Assembly: GCA_965213725.1 (NCBI GenBank)
Contig: OZ243924.1
Span: 1,072,716 to 1,136,715, forward strand
DNA length: 64,000 bases
Source: Dehalococcoidia bacterium
GTDB taxonomy: Bacteria > Chloroflexota > Dehalococcoidia > Lucifugimonadales > UBA3495
Direction of reading: 5' to 3'
Made by a program: the position numbers and the translations under genes. The notes under the pieces were generated by a model. That model had not been told where the DNA came from. It saw nothing but the letters and a program-made list of their open reading frames with translations, and did not search any database. The first letter of the stretch is position 1, and every line of letters begins with the position of its first letter. Shown here in pieces: positions 17,131 through 26,273 of the stretch.

Positions 17131-19015
17131 TCAAAAGCTGGGTTGGTACGCCTGTCGCCACAGGGCTAGGTTGAGCAGTTTATAGAGCAGGGGGCCATTG
17201 TCCCGGCGCCGGCCGATATGTTCCCGGATACAGCCAGCCAGAGCCTCGTTGTCGAAAAGGCCGGAGCGCTGCGTTGCCGGGTCCAACAACACCGATTGCA
17301 GATAATCGGCCAAGGAAGTACGCAGCCAGTGGCTCATCGGCACACCGAAACCCGTCTTGGGCCGGTCCAGGATGTAATCCGGCAAGACACCGCGCAGGGC
17401 CCGCCGCAATATGTACTTCTTTTGCCGGCCCTTCACTTTATACTCCGACGGCAGTCCCATAGCATAGGCGGCTAGGCGGGTATCCACCATCGGCACGCGA
17501 ACTTCGATGCCGTGGGACATCGTGGACTTGTCCACCTTCTCAAAATAGAGGTCGGGCAGGATTATACTGGCGTCGGTGTGCAGAATTCTCTGCACGTTAT
17601 CGAGTCCCTCGAGACGCCGGTGTAGTTCCTTGTAACGCTGGAAGGGATCGGTGGACTCCAGGCAGGAACGACTCTCTGCCGTAAGGAACCGGGTCGGCGG
17701 CCGGTCCAGAGGTTCAGTGGATAGAATGTTAGCTACCAGAATTTCCGGGTTGGATTGACTGAATGCTCTTGACTCTACCAGCGGCCGGTTTGCGCCGGTC
17801 AATCGGCGGGCGAGAGGTTCCATTTTGACCATGAAACGGCTGGCCAACCGCCACCAGAACAAGTTCCTCATACGAGCGTACCGGGCGTAGCCGCCAAACA
17901 TCTCGTCGCCGCCCTCCCCTTGCAGGATGACCCTGGTATCGCCGTCCAGTTGTTCGCCCAAGAGGTACAAGGGGATGCTGGCCGGGTTGCCGAAGGGTCC
18001 ATCATGGCGATTAACCAGCCGTTCAATTACTTCGGGAACATTCCCGGCGGATACATGCAACTCGTGATGCTCAGTCCCAAAACTATCGGCCACCATTCGG
18101 GCTTGGGGCAGTTCATTGACGCCCCGGTCAAAGTCAAACCCGGCGGAGAAAGTTTTCAGCCGCCCGGCGTAATGTTTGCTGGCGAAAGCTGTAATGGCGG
18201 AGGAGTCGATACCGCCGCTCAAAAACACGCCAACAGGAACATCGCTCACCAAGTGACTTTTGACGGCGGCCTCGAGGAGCGAATGGACGGTGCGCGTTGC
18301 GGTGGGCAGATCGTCGGTGACGGGCTCCACATCGAGGATCGAGGCGAATGGCCCGGATTTTACGCCAGAGGCGTCGCTGGTCAGCAGATGACCGGGGAGC
18401 AACTTGCTGATGCCGGCGAACATCGTGTTGGCGCCCAGTGCAGTCTGGTAATACAGGTATTCGTGCAAACCCGGCCAGTCCACCCGCGCCGGGACTTCAC
18501 CGGAAGCCAGCATCGCCTTGATTTCCGAGCCGAATATCACCCCCCCCCCCCCCCCCGGGAATACAATAGTAGTAGAGCGGCTTGATGCCGAAGCGGTCCC
18601 GGGCCAGGCTCAGCCGCCGTTCCCGGCCGTCCCACACGGCCATAGCGAACATCCCCTCGAACTTGGGGAAGGCGGCCTCGCCCCACTCCATGTAGGAATG
18701 CAACGCGACCTCGGTGTCGGAATGGCCGCGGAAACGATGCCCCTTGCCTTCCAGGGACTTTCGCAAGGCGCGGAAATTATAGATTTCGCCGTTGTAGGCA
18801 ATCACGAAGCGGCCGTCGTCCGACTGCATCGGCTGATGCCCCTGCGCCGAAAGGTCAATGATGCTCAACCGGGTATGCGCGAACCCCACCGGGCCGCTGG
18901 CGTACACGCCGCTGTCGTCCGGCCCCCGGTGGCGAAGGGATGCGGCCATGCGCCGGAGTACGGCGCAGTCAACGCCGGGCCCGTTCGGGTGGTGTATTCC
19001 GCTGATTCCACACAT
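17131..19015 (-). pseudogene. asnB: asparagine synthase (glutamine-hydrolysing), reading frame broken at a G17 tract
   Basis: The N-terminal ORF starts MCGISG (class II amidotransferase Cys) and ends ...KPLYYYCIPGGGGGG. The C-terminal ORF starts (V)IFGSEIKAML... in another frame. One G fewer restores a single protein of about 628 aa. Confidence 0.85.
18540..18556 (-). repeat. 17-nt homopolymer (G17 on the coding strand) inside asnB
   Basis: The plus strand reads 17 consecutive C, bounded by a at 18539 and g at 18557. Confidence 0.95.
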
Positions 19016-19077
19016 ATCAGGCGAATTGTACACCTTTACCATAAACCTCTTCCAGAGGGAGAGGGAGCTTTTTTAAC

Positions 19078-19099
19078 GGTGTTGTTAGCAACAGTTGCC
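19078..19099 (+). repeat. solo IS1-type terminal repeat
   Basis: ggtgttgttagcaacagttgcc matches 20/22 to the end of IS1 copy 2 (ggtattgttagcaacagttgct). No transposase gene is adjacent. Confidence 0.7.
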
Positions 19100-19165
19100 G
19101 ATTGACCGGGTTGACCGGCGGACGGCCTATGTGCTAGGATTTTTCCCGCTAAGAGAGGGGCGCGG

Positions 19166-19864
19166 TTGGGATTCTTCCAGATTTTTGCAGTTTTGGGCAG
19201 GGCAGGGCGATTGGTCAATACCCGTTCCTCAGACGATAACCCTCCGGGCAATGGCGAGTGGCTCTCGTTGCGGGACGCCTGCCGTCTGCTGGACGTCAGC
19301 GATACGACTCTGCGGCAGTGGGCCGACGCCGGTCATCTGCGGGTGTACCGCACGCCGGGCGGACACCGCCGTTTCCTGCGCCAGGATGTGGAGTCGCTGA
19401 CCCGAACGGCCCGGTCGTCCGCCGCCCAGTCCAGCGGCGATTCCGGCGAGGGCCCGGCCCTGCGTCGAATCCGGCGTCGGCTGAGCCGAGACAGCGTTAC
19501 CCACCAATCGTGGTTCCAAGCCGTGGAGCCGGAAGGCCACGACCGGATGCGCTTGTTCGGGCGCCGCCTGCTTTCTCTTCTGTTGCAGGAGTCCGGGCCA
19601 CGGCGCCGCCGACAGGAATTGCTGGCCGAGGCCCGTATGCTGGGCCAAGAATACGGCTCGGAAATGCTGGAACGGAGCGTCGCCCTTACCGATACCGTGG
19701 AAGCGTTCGTCTTCTTCCGCAGCATGGTGCTGGACGGCGCTCCCGCCGCGTCGTGGTCGCGCATTCTTGAAACCTCCGACCGGGTTCTGGCCGGACTGTG
19801 CAGTTCCTACCAGCGCAATTTCAACGCAAACGAATTGCCCCCGGCCTCAAGGGGGAAGGGTTAG
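19166..19864 (+). CDS. MerR/excisionase-type HTH DNA-binding protein with an uncharacterised C-terminal domain
   Basis: LSLRDACRLLDVSDTTLRQWADAGHLRVYRTPGGHRRF. Track start is TTG at 19166, preceded by GAGAGGGG. The start is uncertain. Confidence 0.55.
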   Translation: MGFFQIFAVLGRAGRLVNTRSSDDNPPGNGEWLSLRDACRLLDVSDTTLRQWADAGHLRVYRTPGGHRRFLRQDVESLTRTARSSAAQSSGDSGEGPALRRIRRRLSRDSVTHQSWFQAVEPEGHDRMRLFGRRLLSLLLQESGPRRRRQELLAEARMLGQEYGSEMLERSVALTDTVEAFVFFRSMVLDGAPAASWSRILETSDRVLAGLCSSYQRNFNANELPPASRGKG

Positions 19865-19872
19865 AGCGGGGG
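19838..19872 (+). repeat. dispersed hairpin plus G-rich element (family A)
   Basis: cccccggcc-tcaa-gggggaagggttagagcgggggg overlaps the 3' end of the HTH gene. Confidence 0.6.
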
Positions 19873-19896
19873 GCGATCTCCCGCAGGAAAGAGGTA

Positions 19897-20955
19897 ATGG
19901 CTATGGATATGACTGACCGCAAGCTGCTCAACCTGATTCAAGGCCCGTTCCCAATGGTGGAGCGGCCCTACTTGGACTTGGCGGAACAGTTGGAAATTAC
20001 CGAAGAGGACGCGCTGGCCCGGCTCACCGAGCTGAAGCGGCAGAACGTCCTCCGCCAGATAAGCGCCATCTTCGACACCCGGCGGCTGGGCTACAAGACC
20101 ACGCTGGTGGCTATGGCCTTTGAGCCGGGAACCCTGCACCGGGCGGCCATGGAAATCAACCGGCATCCCGGCGTCAGCCACAACTACGCCCGGGAAGGCT
20201 CTTATTACAATCTCTGGTTCACCTTGGCCGTGCCGCCGGAGCATGACCTGGAAGCTACGGCGCAGCGCATGGGCCGCAAGACCGGAGCGCTGGAATCACG
20301 CATCATGCCCACCATCCGCTTCTTCAAAATCGGCGTCAACTTCGATATGGTGAAGCAGCAGGGGTCGTCCTATAACTTCAGCCCCGACGGGTTCGACAAG
20401 GCCGAAGCCGATAGCTGGAACAAGCCGCAGCCCGTAACCGAGTGGGAAAAGGATGCCATCCGCGAGATGCAGGAAGACCTGCCGCTGATTTCCCGGCCCT
20501 TTGGCCCCATCGCGGAGCGGCTGGGCATCACCACCCCGGAACTGTTCGCGCTGGCCGAGGATTTCCAGCGGCGCCGCATCATGCGCCGCTACAGCGCGGT
20601 GCTGCACCACCGCCGCTCCGGTTTCCGCTCCAACGCCATGATTGTCTGGAAGGTGCCACCGGAACGCTCCGAGGAAGTGGGCATGATCATGGCCGGGCAC
20701 AAGGCGGTGACCCACTGCTACGAGCGGCCCACTTTCCCCGACTGGCCCTATACCCACTTCACCATGGTGCACGCCACCACGCCGGAGGGCTGCGAGGAAT
20801 ACAGCCGTGAAATCGCCGAGGCCACCGGCATCACCGACCGCTTGGCCTTGTACAGCACGCGGGAATACAAGAAGACACGGGTGCGCTACTTCGTTCCCGA
20901 CTATGACGAATATCTGGAGTCGGAGGCTCCCGGCGCCCTCGCTACTGCGGACTGA
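19897..20955 (+). CDS. fused siroheme decarboxylase-like protein (AhbA/AhbB or NirD/L/G/H family, two Lrp/AsnC-like repeats)
   Basis: ATG at 19897 after AGGAAAGAGG. Two repeats of the pattern DRKLLNLIQGPFPMVERPY...LAEQLEITEE...L and KDAIREMQEDLPLISRPFGPIAERLGITTPE. Confidence 0.75.
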   Translation: MAMDMTDRKLLNLIQGPFPMVERPYLDLAEQLEITEEDALARLTELKRQNVLRQISAIFDTRRLGYKTTLVAMAFEPGTLHRAAMEINRHPGVSHNYAREGSYYNLWFTLAVPPEHDLEATAQRMGRKTGALESRIMPTIRFFKIGVNFDMVKQQGSSYNFSPDGFDKAEADSWNKPQPVTEWEKDAIREMQEDLPLISRPFGPIAERLGITTPELFALAEDFQRRRIMRRYSAVLHHRRSGFRSNAMIVWKVPPERSEEVGMIMAGHKAVTHCYERPTFPDWPYTHFTMVHATTPEGCEEYSREIAEATGITDRLALYSTREYKKTRVRYFVPDYDEYLESEAPGALATAD

Positions 20956-21055
20956 ATTCACCCCGGACGCCTGAATCAGGATTTTCTAATCCCGTTGATC
21001 CCTAATGACCCTGTAAATCTTGACTCAGACATCAGCGTCAAAAACGGATGGCTGT

Positions 21056-21790
21056 ATGACCGCCTACTACCCGGTCTATCTCAACCTGAGAGGCCGCCGC
21101 TGCGTCATCGTCGGCGGCGGGGCCGTGGCCGAGGGCAAGATTGGCCGGCTGCTGGACTCCGGTGCGGACATCTGCGTCGTCAGCCCCGACGCGACGCCCG
21201 GCATCCGGCAGTTCGTTGCCGACGGGGCCGTGCGCTGGGAGCAGCGCCAGTACCGGCGCGGCGACCTTGACGGCGCGTTCATAGCCATCGCCGCCACCAA
21301 CGTTCGCGAGGTCAACCGGCGCATCTTCGAGGAAGCGGAAGCGCGGGGCGTCATGCTCAACGCGGTGGACGACCCGCCCAATTGCAGCTTCATCGCCCCG
21401 TCCATCGTACAGCGCGGGCCGGTGACCCTGGCAATCTCCACCGGCGGCGTATCGCCGGCGCTGGCCCGCAAGCTGCGCGAGGCGCTACAGGCGTCGGAGG
21501 ATCTGGCTTGGGCCGACCTGTCCGGCGTGATGGCGGAGGCCCGCGCCCGCCTTCGGGAGGCCGGGCTGCTGTCCCGCATTGCCCCCCAACGCTGGCAGTG
21601 CTGCCTCACCCCGCAACTGCTGGCGATGGCGCAGGACGGCCGGCAGGCTGAAGCTGCGGAGACCCTGCTGGCCGGGCTGATGGGCGATGATGGCCGCGGA
21701 CTGTGCCCGGACATTTCGCAATGCCAGCCGGAAAGCTGCCAACGGCGCGAACTCCCGCGAAATTCCCCTCTCCCCAGAGGAAAGGGCTAG
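21056..21790 (+). CDS. sirC: precorrin-2 dehydrogenase / sirohydrochlorin ferrochelatase (SirC/CysG N-terminal type)
   Basis: YYPVYLNLRGRRCVIVGGGAVAEGKIGRLLDSGADICVVSP is a Rossmann signature. ATG at 21056 is preferred over the track TTG at 21020. Confidence 0.8.
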   Translation: MTAYYPVYLNLRGRRCVIVGGGAVAEGKIGRLLDSGADICVVSPDATPGIRQFVADGAVRWEQRQYRRGDLDGAFIAIAATNVREVNRRIFEEAEARGVMLNAVDDPPNCSFIAPSIVQRGPVTLAISTGGVSPALARKLREALQASEDLAWADLSGVMAEARARLREAGLLSRIAPQRWQCCLTPQLLAMAQDGRQAEAAETLLAGLMGDDGRGLCPDISQCQPESCQRRELPRNSPLPRGKG

Positions 21791-21798
21791 GGTGAGGG
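21765..21798 (+). repeat. dispersed hairpin plus G-rich element (family A)
   Basis: cccctctcccc-aga-ggaaagggctagggtgaggg covers the sirC stop and ends 7 nt before the hemC ATG. Confidence 0.7.
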
Positions 21799-21805
21799 CT
21801 TCGCT

Positions 21806-22762
21806 ATGACCTCCAACCGGTCCATCCGGGTCGGCAGCCGGGGCAGCCCCTTGGCGCTGATACAGGATGACGAGGCTATCACGCAACTCAAGGCGCGCCA
21901 CCCGGAGCTGGAGTTCGAGGTGGTCGTAGTGCGCACCAGCGGCGACGCCAACCAGTCCGCGCCGTTGGCCGGCATGGGGCTGGGCGTGTTCGTCAGCGAG
22001 CTGGAGGAACGCCTGCTGTCCGGCGATCTGGACCTGGCCGTTCACAGCCTCAAGGACTTGCCCACCAGCCTCCCCGACGGCCTGACCCTGGGCGCGATTC
22101 TGGAGCGCAAAGACCCCCGGGACGTTCTGGTGAACCGCTGGAACTGCCCCCCGGAAGAGCTGCCCCACGGCGCCCGCATCGGCACCAGCAGCCCTCGCCG
22201 CGCCGCTCAACTGCGCCGCTATGTCCCCAATGTGGAGGTCGTGCCGATCCGGGGCAACGTCGAAACCCGGCTGCGCAAGGCCGAGGGCGACGAGGCCGAC
22301 GGCGCGGTGCTGGCCGCCGCCGGGCTGGCGCGCTTGGGCTTGAAGGACCGGGTGGCCGCCTATCTGTCTCCCCAGCGTTTCGTGCCGCCGCCGGGCCAGG
22401 GCGCGCTGGCGGTGGAAGTGCGGGCCGACGACCAACGAATGCTGGACATCCTGGAGTCCATCGAACACCCGGCCACCCGTTTCGAGGTGACCGCGGAGCG
22501 GGCCTTTCTCGAAACCCTGGGCGGCGGCTGCTCCATCCCCGTGGGAGCCTACGCCCGCTGCATGGGCCGCGAACTGCTGATGACCGTCTTCCTCAGCAAC
22601 ACCGAAGGCTCCCGCGTTTTCACCGCCAAGGTTGATGGCCTCAAGCACGACCCCAAGCAGCTTGCCGGCGACGCCTACCTGGCCGTAGCCGAGCGCGGCG
22701 GCGCCGACCTGCTGGAAGGCGCTCGCCGGCCGCAAGGCCCGCCCGCGACGGAGAATCTGTGA
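21806..22762 (+). CDS. hemC: hydroxymethylbilane synthase (porphobilinogen deaminase)
   Basis: IRVGSRGSPLALIQ...VRTSGD...LKDLPT...IGTSSPRRAAQL...RGNVETRL...GGCSIPVGAY. Confidence 0.9.
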   Translation: MTSNRSIRVGSRGSPLALIQDDEAITQLKARHPELEFEVVVVRTSGDANQSAPLAGMGLGVFVSELEERLLSGDLDLAVHSLKDLPTSLPDGLTLGAILERKDPRDVLVNRWNCPPEELPHGARIGTSSPRRAAQLRRYVPNVEVVPIRGNVETRLRKAEGDEADGAVLAAAGLARLGLKDRVAAYLSPQRFVPPPGQGALAVEVRADDQRMLDILESIEHPATRFEVTAERAFLETLGGGCSIPVGAYARCMGRELLMTVFLSNTEGSRVFTAKVDGLKHDPKQLAGDAYLAVAERGGADLLEGARRPQGPPATENL

Positions 22763-23574
22763 TGGAGACCGCAGCCGTCAAGTATGACCCTAGGGCGCTG
22801 GCTGTCGGCCAAGCCGTGTTGCGCGAAACGGGAGCGAAGGACGTTATCCTGTTTGGCTCCCGCGCCCGCGGCGACTACCGCGACGATTCCGACATAGACC
22901 TGCTGCTAATCCATCAGTCCATCCTTTGTCTCGACTCCAAATGCGATGAAGTCAGGGACAAATTCCGCCGTAATGCCGAAGCAAAAGCCCATGTCCTCTA
23001 CGGAACGCCGGTATTGGTAGACTTGACGTGGTTCACGCCCAAAGAATTCGACCGGATGCGGCGCAGCCACAACGACGTAAGCGCCATAGCGGCCGAGGAA
23101 GGGGTTGCCATGAGCGGTGGGCCGGCCAACGAGCAATACCCCAACGATGACTACTCGGACGAGTGGAGCGTAACTTCCCAGCGTTGCTATCACGCCAAAA
23201 TACATCTGCAAGGGATGTCTTCGTTGGTACAAGCCGGACAGCCGGATTTATTGATCGGTCAGCAGGCCCAGCAGTCCCTGGAACACGCGATAAAGGCCCT
23301 AATCTCGGCCAGCGGAAACCGATACCGGCGCGTCCATAACTTGGAGGAGCTGGAGCGCGATATGCGCCGGGCGGATCCCGGGTTCAGTTACCGTATGGAG
23401 TCTCCGCTGCGAATGCTTAGCGATTACGCCGGGCCGGAAATATATCGGGTAAAGTCCAATGCGTCTATAGGCGACAGCAACGAACTCCATCGCCAAGTTG
23501 AAAGTGACATTCAGCAAGTCTTCCGGCGCATCGCTATCCTGACCGGCAAAGACCCCTGGCAAGAGCAGCTCTGA
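22762..23574 (+). CDS. fused minimal nucleotidyltransferase (MNT) - HEPN domain protein
   Basis: N-terminal ILFGSRARGDYRDDSDIDLLLI (GSxxxG..SDxD). C-terminal HEPN-type Rx4H in NRYRRVHNL. ATG overlaps the hemC TGA (TGATG). Local GC is about 52% in a counted line, against about 67% in the neighbours. Confidence 0.8.
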   Translation: METAAVKYDPRALAVGQAVLRETGAKDVILFGSRARGDYRDDSDIDLLLIHQSILCLDSKCDEVRDKFRRNAEAKAHVLYGTPVLVDLTWFTPKEFDRMRRSHNDVSAIAAEEGVAMSGGPANEQYPNDDYSDEWSVTSQRCYHAKIHLQGMSSLVQAGQPDLLIGQQAQQSLEHAIKALISASGNRYRRVHNLEELERDMRRADPGFSYRMESPLRMLSDYAGPEIYRVKSNASIGDSNELHRQVESDIQQVFRRIAILTGKDPWQEQL

Positions 23575-23613
23575 AAACCCTCTGCGGCCTCGGGTTTAAT
23601 CTCTACGAATAGG

Positions 23614-25248
23614 ATGAATACGTTGGCGGGCAAAGTCTACCTAATCGGCGCCGGGCCCGGCGACCCCGGCCTGATCACCGTCAAGGGCCGCGACGTTTTG
23701 GCGCGGGCCGACGTTGTGGTCTACGACCGGCTGGCCCACCCGTCGCTGCTGGACTACGCGCCTCCCTCCGCCGAGCGGGTGTTCGCAGGCAAGGCACGGG
23801 GGCGGCAGGAGCTGACGCAGGACGGCATCAACGCCCTGCTGGTGGAGCGGGCGCAGGCCGGGCTGACCGTGGCCCGGCTCAAGGGGGGCGATCCCTTCGT
23901 GTTTGGGCGCGGCGGCGAGGAAGCGCTGGCCTTGGCCCGTGGCGGCATCCCCTTCGAGGTGGTGCCGGGCGTGTCGTCCGCGGTGGCGGCCCCGGCCTAT
24001 GCCGGCATCCCGGTCACCCACCGGGGCATCGCCGCCGGGTTCACCGTGGTCAGCGGCAGCGAAGACCCGGCCAAGCCCGTGTCGCCTGATGGTGGTTCCG
24101 GGGTGCGCTGGGACGAACTGGCCCGGTCGCTGGCCGCCCGCGGCGGGACGCTGCTGACACTGATGGGCTGGGCGTCCATCGAGGGGATACTGGACGGGTT
24201 GCAACGGGCGGGGCTTTCCGCCGCTACGCCGGTGGCCCTGATTCAGTGGGGAACTTGGAATCGTCAGAAAACGGTGACCGGAACGCTGGCCGACGCCGCC
24301 GACCGGGGCCGCGCCGCCGGGCTGGCCGCGCCGGTGGCGGCGGTCATCGGCGAGGTGGTGCGGCTGCGCGAGGAACTGGCCTGGTTCGACAACCGCCCGC
24401 TGTTCGGCCAGCGAGTGCTGGTCACCCGCTCCCGCACTCAGGCGTCTCGGCTGTGCGAGCTGCTGGAGGACGCCGGAGCGCAGCCGGTGGAGTTGCCCGC
24501 CATCGAGATTGCCCCGCCGCAGGATTTCGCGCCGCTGGACCGCGCCGTATGCCGCTTGTCATCCTACGCCTGGGTCATCTTCGCCAGCGTCAACGCCGTG
24601 GACGCGGTGTTCGCCCGGCTGGATGAGCAAGGCCGGGACGCCCGCGCTTTTGGAGCGGCCCGCGTGGGGGCCATCGGCCCGGCCACCGCCGCCGCCCTGG
24701 CGCAGCGGGGCATCCGAGCCGACTTCACGCCGTCGCGCTCCGTATCGGCGGCGGCCCTGGAGGAACTGGCGGCTTACCCCTGGAGCGGCTTATCCGTGCT
24801 GCTGCCGTCGGCGGACATCGGGCGTGACGAGCTGGCCGAAGGGCTGTCCCGCCTTGGCGCCGCCGTCGAACGGGTGACCGCCTACCGCACCATACCGGCG
24901 CCGGACGCGGCTCAGCGGGCCGCCCGCGCCTTCACCGACGGCATAGACGTCGTTACCTTCACCAGCTCGTCCACGGTTCGCAACCTGCTTTCCATACTGG
25001 ACCGGAACGGACTGGACCGGAACGGCAACGGACGCGCCGCACTGGACCGGAACGGCGTCGGACGCGCCGCACTGGACGGCAGCCTGGTCGCCTGCATTGG
25101 CCCCGTAACCGCCGCCGCCGCCCGCGAGCTGGGCCTCCGGGTGGACATCGAAGCCCAAGAACACACCGTGGAAGGGCTGGCCTCCGCTCTGGTTGATTAT
25201 TTTTCCAACACAGAGACCGCCGAGAACAGTGAACAGATCAAAAATTGA
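23614..25248 (+). CDS. cobA-hemD: bifunctional uroporphyrinogen-III C-methyltransferase / uroporphyrinogen-III synthase
   Basis: N-terminal VYLIGAGPGDPGLITVKG...VVYDRL...LKGGDPFVFGRGGEE. The C-terminal half has HemD-like repeats (VLVTR...FTSSSTVRN). Confidence 0.9.
   Translation: MNTLAGKVYLIGAGPGDPGLITVKGRDVLARADVVVYDRLAHPSLLDYAPPSAERVFAGKARGRQELTQDGINALLVERAQAGLTVARLKGGDPFVFGRGGEEALALARGGIPFEVVPGVSSAVAAPAYAGIPVTHRGIAAGFTVVSGSEDPAKPVSPDGGSGVRWDELARSLAARGGTLLTLMGWASIEGILDGLQRAGLSAATPVALIQWGTWNRQKTVTGTLADAADRGRAAGLAAPVAAVIGEVVRLREELAWFDNRPLFGQRVLVTRSRTQASRLCELLEDAGAQPVELPAIEIAPPQDFAPLDRAVCRLSSYAWVIFASVNAVDAVFARLDEQGRDARAFGAARVGAIGPATAAALAQRGIRADFTPSRSVSAAALEELAAYPWSGLSVLLPSADIGRDELAEGLSRLGAAVERVTAYRTIPAPDAAQRAARAFTDGIDVVTFTSSSTVRNLLSILDRNGLDRNGNGRAALDRNGVGRAALDGSLVACIGPVTAAAARELGLRVDIEAQEHTVEGLASALVDYFSNTETAENSEQIKN
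24997..25080 (+). repeat. in-frame 15/30-bp tandem repeat inside the HemD domain
   Basis: ctggaccggaacgg units encode LDRNG-LDRNGNGRAA-LDRNGVGRAA-LDG. Confidence 0.85.
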
Positions 25249-25289
25249 ATCTCTGCGCCCTCTGAGCATAATTAAAAAGGAGAAAAGCA

Positions 25290-26273
25290 ATGACTGCCTA
25301 TCCCGACACCCGGTTGCGCCGCCTGCGCGGTTCGCACCCGATGCGCAATCTGGCGCAGGAAACCCGCCTTTCGCCCAAAGAGTTCATCTACCCTATGTTC
25401 GTGATGCACGGACAAGGGAAGCGTGAACCCATCGAGCCGATGCCGGGCTGTAGCCAGATGTCGCTGGACGTGATGTCCGAGGAAGTGGGCGAAGCGGCGG
25501 AACTGGGCATCGGGGGGGTGCTGCTCTTCGGCCTGCCCGCCGAGAAAGACCCGCTGGGGACGGAGGGCTACGACCCGGAGGGAATCGTGCAGGAGGCGGT
25601 GCGCGTCATCAAGCGCGACCACCCCGAGATGCTGGTGTCCACCGACGTGTGTATGTGCGAGTACACCGACCACGGCCATTGCGGCGTCATAGACAACGGG
25701 CGGGTGGACAACGACCGGACGTTGGAGCTGCTGGCCCGCACTGCCCTGTCCCACGTGCAGGCCGGGGCCGACCTGCCCGCGCCGTCGGCGATGATGGACG
25801 GGCAAGTATGGGCCATCCGCCAAGCCCTCAACGCCAACGGCTATGACGACACGCCCATTATGGGCTACGCCGCCAAGTACGCCTCCGCCTTCTACGGCCC
25901 CTTCCGCGTTGCCGCCGGCTCCACGCCCCAGTTCGGCGACCGCAAGACCTACCAGATGGACCCGGCCAACGCCCGCATGGCCATGCGCGAAATCGAGAGC
26001 GACATCGCCGAGGGGGCCGACATCGTGATGGTCAAGCCCGCCATGGCCTACATGGACGTCATCCGCGAGGCGCGCCAGCGCTTCAACCACCCCCTGGCCG
26101 CTTACAACGTCAGCGGCGAATACTCTATGGTCAAGGCCGCCTCCCAGCAGGGCTGGGTAAATGAGCGCCCGGTCACCACCGAACTGCTGACCGGCATCAA
26201 ACGCGCCGGGGCCGACATCATCATCAGCTACTTCGCCAAAGATATCGCCTGCTGGCAGCGGGAAACGGAGTAG
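25290..26273 (+). CDS. hemB: porphobilinogen synthase (delta-aminolevulinate dehydratase), Zn-type
   Basis: AAAGGAG RBS. Contains RLRRLR...FIYPMFV...DVCMCEYTDHGHCG...YAAKYASAFYGPFR...MVKPA. Confidence 0.95.
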   Translation: MTAYPDTRLRRLRGSHPMRNLAQETRLSPKEFIYPMFVMHGQGKREPIEPMPGCSQMSLDVMSEEVGEAAELGIGGVLLFGLPAEKDPLGTEGYDPEGIVQEAVRVIKRDHPEMLVSTDVCMCEYTDHGHCGVIDNGRVDNDRTLELLARTALSHVQAGADLPAPSAMMDGQVWAIRQALNANGYDDTPIMGYAAKYASAFYGPFRVAAGSTPQFGDRKTYQMDPANARMAMREIESDIAEGADIVMVKPAMAYMDVIREARQRFNHPLAAYNVSGEYSMVKAASQQGWVNERPVTTELLTGIKRAGADIIISYFAKDIACWQRETE

